Origin: a virus
Virus record (IMG/VR): IMGVR_UViG_3300019458_000010
Location: 1 to 54,216 of that record
Length of the DNA stretch: 54,216 bases
Direction: 5' to 3' (one strand)
The notes beneath the pieces are model-generated. The model was not told the DNA's origin. It did not search any database and saw nothing but the letters and a program-made list of their open reading frames with translations. This document shows, in pieces, positions 17,409 to 27,032 of the stretch (positions are counted from its first letter, which is position 1; every line of letters begins with the position of its first letter). Both the position numbers and the translations under genes were made by a program.

Positions 17409-18950
17409 TTACAACCCCCTATACTCGTCGTATTCGAAGACGCCACCCATAAAGCTGTGTGCTACCTGTCCTGTGTATGTCAAGGTGAGTTGTAAACCCC
17501 ACCCCGTTCTCCCAATCGCCACACGAGGGCGAACAATATCTGCGGTGCTACTAGTCAATAGGACTGCTCGACTTGCCGACTGCACGGCGTAATCAACAGC
17601 ATAAACATTAAAATTCATTGTGCTGTTTGTGGAAGCAGTCGTCGTTGTAGTTAACTTTGGATAGAAGTTGTGGAAAACCTTTGGGGCCGACAACCCTTTA
17701 ATGTCGTTCTGTTGATCCATGTAACCAAAGAGAATGCCCGTTTGCAGCGTAGAGGCGATATTCCCACCAGTTAAAGATGCAAATGAGGCAGCACCGTCTA
17801 TGCTATACACTCGTTTGTCAGCCGTGGTATTGTCGTCCAGGCCAGCAGCGAAGTAGACGTTCAAGTTACCATTGTTATTTTCCCTAAGGCAAGAAGCCTG
17901 ACAAGTCTGCCCTGAATCCATAAAGGATGTCATCCGAGTCCACTGCCCGCTATTAAAGTGAAATATCCAGCAGACGTTTTCGGCTGTGCTCGTTCCCTCG
18001 GATACCCAAATATAGTATCTATTCAGGTCCATAGTTGAGTCGTATACGGCATGCATAAACGACCCACGAGAGACATTCCTTCTTGTACTTAGGCTAGTAC
18101 GATTGATCCAGTAATCTCGAATATCCGCGCTAAGCTCAATGCGCTTTAAGTCTGCTGTCAGGAGCCATACGCCCTGATTGTTAGCGTAGACCAGTCCTCC
18201 ATTGACACGAGCTATGGTTCGATGGCTGACACAGCCGTGATCTTCATAAAGAGTTCGCTTGGACCAGTCATCCGGGTGGTCTCCAATGAGAGCCGTAACT
18301 GTCCGACGGGTGAATATTGCCAAGTAGTTCTCGACAGAACGGATGCCAGTAACAAAGTCGCCCACGGGAGAAGTAATAACCTCGGTTCCCGCGTCTGTGC
18401 CAGTCCAGAGGTTCCTATTTCCATCTGCACAGTAATGTATGGACATAGGTGCTGCTGAACGACCAGCCAAGAAGACTCTGTTCTTCCAGGCTTCGACGTA
18501 CCTTGGCGCTGTCGGTGGTGAACCAGTAGTTACAATGTAGGTTGCAGCATCACTTGTCTCCATGAGGTTATCCGACCCATTTGCCATGAGAAGGATACCT
18601 GTGAAGACCGTTGTATCCCAGAGAAGAGTCTGACTCGAACTGATAGCTGGTCCAGTCAAAGCAACGCTTGTTCCCGTCCCAATTTCTTGAATCGCAGGGG
18701 CGGAGGTAAAACGAATCAAGTTTTTAACTGTTCCGCCTGCTGTGTCATCTTCCTGAAACTCAACGAGATGCCTAGTGCGAGGTGTTATGGCTGCACTAAC
18801 AAATGTACTATTTCCCTCTATAGTGCGCCACCGACGACCACGAGGATAGTAGTTGTCACACTGCACAAGTTGATGACCTGGCAATGAAGAAATGTCCTCG
18901 TAAAGATTTATACCGCCCGCCTGAACGGGCATCCATTCGATAAGAGGCAT
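17409..18950 (-). CDS. Virion structural protein (tail-associated candidate)
   Basis: Track ORF 17409..19022 trimmed to ATG 18950, which overlaps the upstream stop as TAATG. Beta-rich sequence. Confidence 0.55.
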   Translation of the reverse strand: MPLIEWMPVQAGGINLYEDISSLPGHQLVQCDNYYPRGRRWRTIEGNSTFVSAAITPRTRHLVEFQEDDTAGGTVKNLIRFTSAPAIQEIGTGTSVALTGPAISSSQTLLWDTTVFTGILLMANGSDNLMETSDAATYIVTTGSPPTAPRYVEAWKNRVFLAGRSAAPMSIHYCADGNRNLWTGTDAGTEVITSPVGDFVTGIRSVENYLAIFTRRTVTALIGDHPDDWSKRTLYEDHGCVSHRTIARVNGGLVYANNQGVWLLTADLKRIELSADIRDYWINRTSLSTRRNVSRGSFMHAVYDSTMDLNRYYIWVSEGTSTAENVCWIFHFNSGQWTRMTSFMDSGQTCQASCLRENNNGNLNVYFAAGLDDNTTADKRVYSIDGAASFASLTGGNIASTLQTGILFGYMDQQNDIKGLSAPKVFHNFYPKLTTTTTASTNSTMNFNVYAVDYAVQSASRAVLLTSSTADIVRPRVAIGRTGWGLQLTLTYTGQVAHSFMGGVFEYDEYRGL

Positions 18951-20005
18951 TAAGCTGTCACCTGAATTGAGCCGGGGCTTGTCAAAGCCCCTGAAACAGA
19001 CGTAGCACCTGAGAAGGACCATTCATATATAAGCGTTTGCGTGCCTGACACACTCAATGGTGTTGCCGAAGTCAGAAGGGCAAAGAATTGCGTACCTAGT
19101 GTTGCGCCAGTTATAGCAATTGAGGCTGTATTGCTAACATGACTTCCGATACGAAATCGAACGTTAATCGTGGCACTACCCGCTCCAACAATTGAGTTTC
19201 CAACAAAACCTACATAGGCATTAAGAAACTGACTGCCAGCAGGTATTTGCACGGCCTGAGATAGCGCAGTTCCAAGGGATGCAGGCAACGAGGTGATGGC
19301 CGTCTTTGCAGGTGTAACAGTAAGAGTCCCTAAGAAAGCAACAGTACAAGATGTCTCATTACTAAAGCCACTTTGATTACCAGACCTATCCACAGCCCTT
19401 ATACGATAAAAGTACGTTGTACCTGGTGTGGCATTCACATCTTCCCATGAGGTCGTAAATGCGTTCGTGTACAGGGTGGTAGCAGGCGATGAGGTATCTC
19501 GATAAATCGAGTAATAGGCAAGGTCCGCTTCCGTGTTTGGCGTCCATGATAGCCGAATAGTAGCTGTGGCAGGACTAGTTGTACAGCTTAGACCTGAAGG
19601 GCTGGCTGGCGCAGTGGGGTCAGGGGCCGAAGTCACTTGCTCGTCAGCGGAGAACTGACCTCGTGTTCCATACTGCCTGCGTTCAAGAGCAAAAGCAACA
19701 GTATGATTAACACCTGTCTCGACAGGACGGATTATATGAGGGCTCGTCTTCGAACGTTCATAGGTGTATCCACTATCAGTAGTCTTTTTCCAGCGGATAA
19801 TATAGTCCATGTCCTTACGAACGGGAGACCATGTGACAGTAATCGCAGCCGCTGAACCCCCATCAGAAAGAGTAAATGCGGAAGATGCGAGGGTCGGGGC
19901 AGCACTAGGCGTCTTTGGCTGCTGGCTTCTACGTATAAGATCGTCTTCTCGTATCCTCTGTAACGGATTTGTCTCGCCTTGCAAGGCATCAAAAATCTCG
20001 CTCAT
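18950..20005 (-). CDS. Fibronectin-III-repeat fibre or appendage protein
   Basis: ITVTWSPV..YIIRWKK and IRLSWTPNTEADLAYYSIYRD..TYFYRIRAVDRSGNQSGFS are FN3-like. Confidence 0.6.
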   Translation of the reverse strand: MSEIFDALQGETNPLQRIREDDLIRRSQQPKTPSAAPTLASSAFTLSDGGSAAAITVTWSPVRKDMDYIIRWKKTTDSGYTYERSKTSPHIIRPVETGVNHTVAFALERRQYGTRGQFSADEQVTSAPDPTAPASPSGLSCTTSPATATIRLSWTPNTEADLAYYSIYRDTSSPATTLYTNAFTTSWEDVNATPGTTYFYRIRAVDRSGNQSGFSNETSCTVAFLGTLTVTPAKTAITSLPASLGTALSQAVQIPAGSQFLNAYVGFVGNSIVGAGSATINVRFRIGSHVSNTASIAITGATLGTQFFALLTSATPLSVSGTQTLIYEWSFSGATSVSGALTSPGSIQVTA

Positions 20006-20673
20006 GGGTCTATAAACTCATTATCTAGAGGATTCGGTAGTAGTTCACCTGTGCAGGACCAGTTATCTCCCCATGGTTGAGTGGAGTGCGTGTAACTCCC
20101 GCCCGCGAAAGTGCTGCCTACAATATCAAAACCAGGATTGCCGCCGAAAATCACGGCAGGTACGGTAATGTTGGTCACGACAACCCCATTCCACGAACCA
20201 ATTAAGTTTATGTTGCCACCAACTTGGATACACTGGGACTTTAATGTCCCCGAAGTAATACCGGGCGATCCAAGATCATAATAATCGCTGTTGGTATTCG
20301 AGGGCAGCGAGCGCACACTGCCATCATTCCACTCAAGAAAAGCTAGTGTGTCATTTAATATAGGACCTCTTGTTAACTGCCATGTATACGCGGTCATTTT
20401 AGTGCGGTCCATGCGGTGCCCAGTTGTGATGTTTCCATATGATCCCTGCACAAGATCAATCTGGACCGTTGTATCTTCCGTAAATTGTTGTCCAATATAA
20501 AGTGCAAAATTGTGAAATGTGACTGGGCTCCAGACAATATTAGTCTTAAGGTCGGGTCGTTGAAGACCAGGTACCCCTGTCCAATTATTATTAGGTGCCA
20601 AAGGGCTTCCAATCGTGTTTCCTAGCGGTGTTTCATCAGCCCTATTGAAATTATCGGTTACCGTTGTTGGCAT
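20002..20673 (-). CDS. Fibre or receptor-binding-like structural protein
   Basis: Track ORF, beta-rich, ATGA coupling with the next gene. Confidence 0.5.
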   Translation of the reverse strand: MPTTVTDNFNRADETPLGNTIGSPLAPNNNWTGVPGLQRPDLKTNIVWSPVTFHNFALYIGQQFTEDTTVQIDLVQGSYGNITTGHRMDRTKMTAYTWQLTRGPILNDTLAFLEWNDGSVRSLPSNTNSDYYDLGSPGITSGTLKSQCIQVGGNINLIGSWNGVVVTNITVPAVIFGGNPGFDIVGSTFAGGSYTHSTQPWGDNWSCTGELLPNPLDNEFIDP

Positions 20674-20685
20674 GATTACTTCGTG

Positions 20686-21654
20686 TTATCCACGAATCCC
20701 AACGCTCAGTGCCGTAAGAGCGTTCGTTCCGCCCGCAGCGCCACCGACCCAAGTACCCTGGCCCGCCTCAACATTACCGAAAATGGTGGCATAGTGATAT
20801 CCCTTGGCCAGGAGGCGCTGGTTCATCAGCGTAAGCGGGATGGCGTTGCTGGCAACGAATTGCGTTGAAATCCAAACTCCATAATCCGTGAGTGTGGATT
20901 CGTCATCCACGTTAATCACAGAGCGAATCGCTACCGCAACAGTGTCTGCGTATGCCCAACCTCCCAATGCGAGATCAACTTTTTCGTTATCCCACGTCAA
21001 GAATTCAACTCGGATTTCAGAGTTAAGTTCAACATACGATGTGCTTGTCGTGGTGCGATTCGCCGTGAAGTTTTTTCTTCCAACTTTGGAACCACGGTTG
21101 AAGTAGCTTAGAACAAACATTTGTGTCGCCGAATCGGCCCATGCCGTACCACTAGTAGTCCTAGCTAATCCAACTAATGACCTAGTGGCATCTCCCGTTT
21201 TAATCTCTACACCTTCATTACCAGCCGCTGTGTCAGCCACATTTGCCGTAGTGCTAGCCTCCAACGTCATCGTCGAGCCGTTCATAAAGACGTAAATGTA
21301 ATAGAGCGTGCTTGCGCTAAGGCCGCTAGTACTGAGTGTGGGTCCTGAGCTGGGAATCTGTCTTGACGTGCCATTAATGACGATCCACGAGCCATTGAAC
21401 CGACTGAGAAGAAGATTCGAACCAGATTTCGTAAGTCTACATTCCCCATGATTCAAACGCTTAAGGGCATTCGTACCAGGAACAACCCCTATCTCCGTTT
21501 CAACAGCGATAATAGCCGTCGCAAGGTTATTAATCTTCTGTGCGTGGGTAGAAGTTGTCGCATACGGGGGACTGCCTACATTAGCTTGTGTTGTGGCCGT
21601 ATCAAGGCTTGTTGGATAGCCACTTGTACCGCCATCGGCAAAAATATCGCCCAT
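20686..21654 (-). CDS. Fibre-like structural protein
   Basis: Track ORF, S/T/G/N-rich beta-type composition. Confidence 0.5.
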   Translation of the reverse strand: MGDIFADGGTSGYPTSLDTATTQANVGSPPYATTSTHAQKINNLATAIIAVETEIGVVPGTNALKRLNHGECRLTKSGSNLLLSRFNGSWIVINGTSRQIPSSGPTLSTSGLSASTLYYIYVFMNGSTMTLEASTTANVADTAAGNEGVEIKTGDATRSLVGLARTTSGTAWADSATQMFVLSYFNRGSKVGRKNFTANRTTTSTSYVELNSEIRVEFLTWDNEKVDLALGGWAYADTVAVAIRSVINVDDESTLTDYGVWISTQFVASNAIPLTLMNQRLLAKGYHYATIFGNVEAGQGTWVGGAAGGTNALTALSVGIRG

Positions 21655-21657
21655 TAT

Positions 21658-22422
21658 CTATGTGCTCCTGTCAGGCGAGGGGGTAACTGGAGTCTGTGCA
21701 GGTTCAGTCCAAGTAGATGTCACTGGCGCTGTACTAGGTTCTGTCCAGGAAGTTGAAATTGCAGATTGGGCAGGCTCGGTCCAGCTACCCGAAGTTGGGG
21801 TCACACCAGGTTCGACCCACAAGCCAAAAGACGGTCTTTCACGCCAAGTGAAGGCTTGGTATAAGTGTACAGGCCGGGCATGCCTACGAGCAAAATCAGG
21901 GTACTTTTGATAGTCACACGGAAACTGTGCCGCATCCGCGAGTGGCGGGGCTATTGTCGCGGGGTTGACCGCTCCGCCCATGCGGGCAGGATGTATAAAT
22001 TTACGATCTATACGATCTTGATATGTAGGATGCCAGCTTTGAGAAATAGGACCCGTAGCATCTGGTAAGTTTAACAGAGCTTCTTGTGCAATACAACCCA
22101 GACTGCGGATATCAAGTTGTTTTCTACGGGCAAAGTCGGGATAGATAGGAAGCCAACCCACGTGGTTCAGCGGGAAGTCTGCTAAGGAAAGTAGAGGGCT
22201 GACTTCTCCGCCCTGTAAGTGTGGGCGGCTTTGAAAACGCCTAGCAAAGTCGGGATAGCGTGGAATCCAGCCCATGCGCTGGTCAGCACAAGTTTTACCC
22301 CCGTCCCACCCGAGTTGTCCCCAACTAAAAGTGCCCCATCCTTCAGTACTACAATCAAGTACCCAATCATGTATGGGTACAAATGGAAAACTCTCGTATT
22401 GATATCTCCTACGATGAGGCAT
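21658..22422 (-). CDS. Repeat protein (3x YPDFARR, 3x WTEP)
   Basis: GWIPRYPDFARRFQ, GWLPIYPDFARRKQ, YQKYPDFARRHA; C-terminal SWTEPAQS..SWTEPST..TWTEPAQT. Confidence 0.55.
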   Translation of the reverse strand: MPHRRRYQYESFPFVPIHDWVLDCSTEGWGTFSWGQLGWDGGKTCADQRMGWIPRYPDFARRFQSRPHLQGGEVSPLLSLADFPLNHVGWLPIYPDFARRKQLDIRSLGCIAQEALLNLPDATGPISQSWHPTYQDRIDRKFIHPARMGGAVNPATIAPPLADAAQFPCDYQKYPDFARRHARPVHLYQAFTWRERPSFGLWVEPGVTPTSGSWTEPAQSAISTSWTEPSTAPVTSTWTEPAQTPVTPSPDRST

Positions 22423-23428
22423 TGCCAGAACTCACAATCTCATAGGTGCGCCAGTGGTCAACAAGTGTAGGCATATGTGAAATAAGATGGGGAATGACAA
22501 CATCGGGCGATGTTAAATTCTTGATTGAAAGATAGTGATAAGGGTTAGTATTAAAGTTCACATTACCACTCCCACCTACAGTGAAGCCACTCGATGTCAA
22601 CGATTGAATATGGTCAACCTGATCACCGGCGAACGCTGTTACAAATGAGTTGTCTCCAGTAGCGAACCCAGGGTTAATAACGCCCCGGGCATTCGCACTA
22701 CTTTCACGACCGTTTATCCAAACCATGACTGGCTGGAAAGCGTCAGATTGTGTGATTGTTTGGGGATCAGCCCCATCTCCAGTATAGTTACCCTGAAACA
22801 AATTGCCAGTACTGTTAACAATTGCAAAAAAATAGTAGGAGTTTGTATTGACGTTGGTAAAGGTGCCGCTACCAACTTGAAACGTCCCCGATCCGACAGT
22901 TTGTATCTGGTCGGCAATGGGTGTGCCTCCAGCCTCCGACCGGAAAGAATTGTCGCCCCCTTTTGTCCCATACCAAACAATGGGAGCGAGGCGAGTCACT
23001 TCACTTGCACCTTGTAGTACACACACAAAACTAGGTGTAAAACTCCCACCCGTACTTATATTTCGATTATCCGTCGCATTACCAGTATACTTACCTGTTA
23101 CGAGGGCGGCTGTGTCAACACCAAAGTTATACCAACGGTACGTGGAGCCACTTTTATTAACAAGAACGCTTGTATTAACCGTAAAACTGCTGCTACTCCA
23201 AGCACTAATACCAGCCGATGAGGTGATGGTGTTGTCTGCGGAAGCAGTCGTGTCATATTTATAGTTTATGCTATCGGCGAGATATTCGGCTGTCAAAAAG
23301 ACCATGGAGTTTAAGGCGGTGTCTGCTCCAGTACGGGGGGATAGAATAAGAAGCACCGCCGGTTGAAACGTGACGGTGATGTTTTGGGCTGATCCAGTAC
23401 CGGAGTATGTTCCCGTCTCAAATCGCAT
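22409..23428 (-). CDS. Structural protein with three internal beta-modules
   Basis: Three segments each starting G-x-Y-[ST]-G-x-[GA] (TGTYSGTGS / TGKYTGNAT / QGNYTGDGA) and ending in FTV/FQV..N.N..Y motifs. Confidence 0.5.
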   Translation of the reverse strand: MRFETGTYSGTGSAQNITVTFQPAVLLILSPRTGADTALNSMVFLTAEYLADSINYKYDTTASADNTITSSAGISAWSSSSFTVNTSVLVNKSGSTYRWYNFGVDTAALVTGKYTGNATDNRNISTGGSFTPSFVCVLQGASEVTRLAPIVWYGTKGGDNSFRSEAGGTPIADQIQTVGSGTFQVGSGTFTNVNTNSYYFFAIVNSTGNLFQGNYTGDGADPQTITQSDAFQPVMVWINGRESSANARGVINPGFATGDNSFVTAFAGDQVDHIQSLTSSGFTVGGSGNVNFNTNPYHYLSIKNLTSPDVVIPHLISHMPTLVDHWRTYEIVSSGNASS

Positions 23429-23430
23429 GG

Positions 23431-23682
23431 CTAGTCTAGCACCGCCAGTTTACCCTTTTCGTACATATCAAGCTTCTTCTCGAAGGGAAAACAAGTCCCT
23501 ATAGCTGCGCATTTCGAACAGGTACACTGGTTACACATGAAACACCAGCCACCCAAGTCGGCGGGTTTCGCCCCGGTTGGAACTCTGAATACGGCATTAC
23601 AGTGCGCGCACTGCGCATAATCAAACTCGGCTGTCGGGCCATCGGGAGATACGGCAATGCCATATCCATGAGGGTTACGCAT
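23431..23682 (-). CDS. Cys-rich small protein
   Basis: CAHC..., CFMCNQCTCSKC...C: nine cysteines in 83 aa. Confidence 0.55.
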   Translation of the reverse strand: MRNPHGYGIAVSPDGPTAEFDYAQCAHCNAVFRVPTGAKPADLGGWCFMCNQCTCSKCAAIGTCFPFEKKLDMYEKGKLAVLD

Positions 23683-23695
23683 TTATTCCTCGTGG

Positions 23696-24142
23696 TTATT
23701 CCTCGTGATAAAGGCCGAGCGTAACTGCAAAGGCGGATGTCACAACCGTCGCATAGAAACCAGCACCGTTAGCGGCTGTGGCAGGCAGAACAAGCTCCTT
23801 ACCAGGCGCGGCAATCCATCTGAACGAAGCGCGCTGATTCAGAGGCATCGAGAAGATGATAGCATTTGAGGTGTAAGTTGGTTCGGCCGAGTGGTTAAAA
23901 CCAGCCGCCGCAAGCGCCGCAGGATCGACAGGGTCAATAGCCACAGGTGTAAAGGCAGTGCTGGTACCAGCAGCGGTATAACGCTGCCAGATATAACGGG
24001 CAGCTTGATCGGCAGGTGTCCCTTCGGAACCCCACACGAACTCATAAATCTTGGGTCGGATTGTGGTTGCTGAAGTAAGACCGGCCATCGTAACGTTGAC
24101 CGTATTTGTGTCAGGAAGCTGTGAAAAGTAGCTACGAGCCAT
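23696..24142 (-). CDS. Hypothetical structural protein
   Basis: Track ORF on the operon strand; the overlapping 23839..24153 frame was judged a shadow. Confidence 0.5.
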   Translation of the reverse strand: MARSYFSQLPDTNTVNVTMAGLTSATTIRPKIYEFVWGSEGTPADQAARYIWQRYTAAGTSTAFTPVAIDPVDPAALAAAGFNHSAEPTYTSNAIIFSMPLNQRASFRWIAAPGKELVLPATAANGAGFYATVVTSAFAVTLGLYHEE

Positions 24143-24164
24143 TTATTTGTCACTCCTTTATTGA

Positions 24165-24875
24165 TTAGAAGAGAACCCGATCTCGATCGGTATCCCCTAT
24201 GTCACCAAGCCGTACAGCACGCTCGGCGTTGATCTGACGACGCCGCACGTATGGCAGCTTCGCTTGGTACTCAATCTTAAACATTTCAAGCAAGTCCCCG
24301 TAACGGGACTTGTCTCCCCGCTCAAGCCACGCTTTCGCAGCAGCAAGGTAGGTGTTTGCTATGTGTAACTCCGTAGGTATTTGCAAGCTTGCGGAGTCTT
24401 GTGTCATCTCGTCTGGCAGACGCCAGTAAGTGACGTAGAGCCTCCCATTCGCAGAGTTAAAGGCAGGATAGACACCTAGCTGATACGTTCCGCTTTCTCC
24501 CCATAGGAAATGAGCTTCTGGCCTATTTGAGGAAGTACGCGGATGGGCTCGAGCGTACTCAATGTCCGTCCCAGGGATTTCGGTAAAGTCTTCAGAGGCG
24601 GTGCTTCTAGCCCGGACAGTACGAATTGCGTGATAATTAGGGGGAAGAGAGTATAGCTCCTGGTCAGTCACAGAAGCCGTAAAAGCCTCAGAGGCTAGCA
24701 AAGGTTCTTCCTGCCCTGTGGCAATCCCGGGCACACACCCTGTCGCAATATCCACCTGAGCTTCATTGATATAAATATTCAGGAGGGCATCTGTCCAATA
24801 TGAGGCTGTCGGCTCCTGCACAAGTAGGCGCACACGAGCTAATTGCAATACTCTAGTATTTGGGGTGAGTGGCAT
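24165..24875 (-). CDS. Possible head-tail adaptor/connector protein (weak)
   Basis: N-terminal pattern ..ASYWTDALLNIYINEAQVDIA.. and ..ELYSLPPNYHAIRTV.. resembles adaptor families from memory. Confidence 0.35.
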   Translation of the reverse strand: MPLTPNTRVLQLARVRLLVQEPTASYWTDALLNIYINEAQVDIATGCVPGIATGQEEPLLASEAFTASVTDQELYSLPPNYHAIRTVRARSTASEDFTEIPGTDIEYARAHPRTSSNRPEAHFLWGESGTYQLGVYPAFNSANGRLYVTYWRLPDEMTQDSASLQIPTELHIANTYLAAAKAWLERGDKSRYGDLLEMFKIEYQAKLPYVRRRQINAERAVRLGDIGDTDRDRVLF

Positions 24876-24878
24876 TTA

Positions 24879-25289
24879 TCAGAAGCCTCCAAAAGACTGT
24901 CTACGCAGACGCGGTAGGCCGCCAGTACGGAACTGCGGGATAACCTCGTCGAAACATTCACGGCAGACGAATTGCCCAGCACCAGCCCTACGGCCAGTAG
25001 GCCGAAGCATTTCTCGGATATGATAAACGTAGCCACAGACAGCACAGCGCCCTAGGCGGCCAAGGGGCGTATAGTTGATACCGCCCCGAGAGGGGCCAAC
25101 GTTAGGATTGCCAGTCGGGCTGGCGACGGCTGTGATAGTCAGAGTAGAGCCAGAGGAAGCAGCAGTAACCGTCGCCTCGTCAATGCCCTCAGCACCGATC
25201 TCAGCCTCGGTTGCGTCAGTAGCGAGGTTGTGGCGGCAGCCTGCAAACACCACCCCATCAACGGTTATCTTTTCGATCTGCCAGGCCAT
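24879..25289 (-). CDS. Protein with a C-terminal Cys4 zinc ribbon
   Basis: CAVCGYVYH...FVCRECFDE. Confidence 0.5.
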   Translation of the reverse strand: MAWQIEKITVDGVVFAGCRHNLATDATEAEIGAEGIDEATVTAASSGSTLTITAVASPTGNPNVGPSRGGINYTPLGRLGRCAVCGYVYHIREMLRPTGRRAGAGQFVCRECFDEVIPQFRTGGLPRLRRQSFGGF

Positions 25290-25546
25290 TAACGTTTATC
25301 CACATCCTCTTGAATCATTTCCATTACCCAATATTTGTAGCTACTGGCGTCCCATTTTCCCCATCCACCCTTCCAATTTGGACATCGGGAGTGACAGGGC
25401 CACTTATTGTGTATAGGTTTCTGACATAATGCACAAAAGACCCACTTCGCTAGAAGGCGTGGTCCAACCTCTAGCTTCTCGTTACAGTGTGGACAGTTAA
25501 TCGTGGCATATGGTCCGCGAAAAACTCTATCCTTGGGGGTTTCCAT
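25289..25546 (-). CDS. Cys-rich small protein
   Basis: CPHCNEKL...CALCQKP plus further Cys/His residues. Confidence 0.5.
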   Translation of the reverse strand: METPKDRVFRGPYATINCPHCNEKLEVGPRLLAKWVFCALCQKPIHNKWPCHSRCPNWKGGWGKWDASSYKYWVMEMIQEDVDKR

Positions 25547-25552
25547 TGAGTT

Positions 25553-25954
25553 TTAGTTAAGCCTCACTGTATGGCCGGGCCAAGGTGAACCGTCACCGCC
25601 AATCCGTTCCGTACTGTCCCCAGAGGCAGTAGGGCGTGCGAAGAAGTAGGAACAGGGGGTGTCAAGGATTTGGTCGGGTTGGACGGGGAACTCTCGGCAT
25701 ATTCGGGGCTTATCCTCGTGGATTTTACAACGTGCGCTAACAACGTCGTGCATGGGACACGGTGCGTGCATCGCACCTTTAATGAACCCAAGCTTAGAAC
25801 CATCTACTTCTTTCCACTCGAAGCCACGTACTTCATAATACCTCTCATCAATTTGTGGATACCACTGAACGGCAATTTCCAACTTTATGACGTGTTGACA
25901 ACACCAACCACAGTTGTTACACTCACCACCACGTACCCAACTATGAGCTTCCAA
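25553..25954 (-). CDS. YkgJ/UPF0153-type CxxCxxCC cysteine-cluster protein
   Basis: ECNNCGWCCQ = CxxCxxCC; C-terminal CKIHEDKPRICREFP matches the family's C..(R/K)P..CR.FP motif. Confidence 0.7.
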   Translation of the reverse strand: MEAHSWVRGGECNNCGWCCQHVIKLEIAVQWYPQIDERYYEVRGFEWKEVDGSKLGFIKGAMHAPCPMHDVVSARCKIHEDKPRICREFPVQPDQILDTPCSYFFARPTASGDSTERIGGDGSPWPGHTVRLN

Positions 25955-26689
25955 TTATCCAATTACTCCTGGCCTTAAGTTGGTCCCACTCGGCCCACCA
26001 ACCTGCCCACCAATGATCCATTTCATTTTGTTTTGCGCCGCGCCGTTGGCAGCGGGCCGTAGGGCAATCGTGACGGCGCGCCACTCGTCCGAGGTGATGG
26101 TGTAGGCCCCGGGGTCCTCCGCCCCGGCCGTCGCCTTGTTGATGGAGGCGATGGCCACCGTAGCGCCGTCACCGGACACCGCACCGTTCGTATCTCGGGC
26201 GAGGGTGTTGCCGTACCCGCTGGGGTAGGTAACGCTGCCGGACGATTCGTCGTCGTCTAACAGCGCAACGCTGAAGACCCGGGCCCCGTCGGTGACCGTA
26301 GTAATAGACGGCGAGTTGGGATTGGCGCTGAGACCCGTGGCGACCGTCGCCGTGGCATCCTGGGCAGTGGTGGTATCTACCCCACTCCATACCTGGATAA
26401 GACCAGCCGCCTTCTTGGTGCCACCCGTCTCCCGCGTCACAACAACGGTCGTGTCCGGCGTAGACCCCATCCGCTTGAAGCAGATTTGGTGGCCTGGCGT
26501 AGTCCCGGTGGGGCCGACGATGTTTGTGTAGCCCTGGCCCTGCACGCCGCTGGTGGAAGTGTAGCTGTCAGCCGCGATGCAGATGAGGACGATGTCGTTT
26601 GTCGCGGGGGTGCCCGGGAGGGTCTTCGTCTCGGTCCCCGTCCCGACGGCGGTCTCGAAGGTGTTTTGGGCGACGAACGCGATTGCCAT
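25955..26689 (-). CDS. Hypothetical structural protein encoded by a markedly GC-rich gene
   Basis: Track ORF. Hand counts of 60-nt lines give about 60-73% G+C, against about 42-57% in the adjacent gene. Confidence 0.55.
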   Translation of the reverse strand: MAIAFVAQNTFETAVGTGTETKTLPGTPATNDIVLICIAADSYTSTSGVQGQGYTNIVGPTGTTPGHQICFKRMGSTPDTTVVVTRETGGTKKAAGLIQVWSGVDTTTAQDATATVATGLSANPNSPSITTVTDGARVFSVALLDDDESSGSVTYPSGYGNTLARDTNGAVSGDGATVAIASINKATAGAEDPGAYTITSDEWRAVTIALRPAANGAAQNKMKWIIGGQVGGPSGTNLRPGVIG

Positions 26690-27021
26690 TAGGTAGTGGG
26701 TTCCCCCGGGTGAAACTCCAGGATGGCACCGGGTGCCATCCCCACCTCTCCATCATCAGGGTCTCGTGCGAAAATGCCTACGCCAGCATTAGCGAGGTGG
26801 ATCGTGACAGACTCGGAGGCATCCTTGCCTGCTAATCGGAACGTCACCGCGCCCACCAGGGGCTGGCGGAATACCAACGAGGACTGACGCCGCTTGTCGT
26901 TTGAGCGGGCGTGAACCGCCAGGACCTGCAGCGTAACATCATGCAACTCAAACACGATCTTTAGCTCACCAGGAACCTCAAACCACTCAACTAACATTCG
27001 GTGCCCCTCCCTTCCCTGCAC
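26689..27021 (-). CDS. Hypothetical protein
   Basis: Track ORF, stop/start coupled to the downstream gene. Confidence 0.45.
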   Translation of the reverse strand: MQGREGHRMLVEWFEVPGELKIVFELHDVTLQVLAVHARSNDKRRQSSLVFRQPLVGAVTFRLAGKDASESVTIHLANAGVGIFARDPDDGEVGMAPGAILEFHPGEPTT

Positions 27022-27032
27022 ACACAGGCAGG

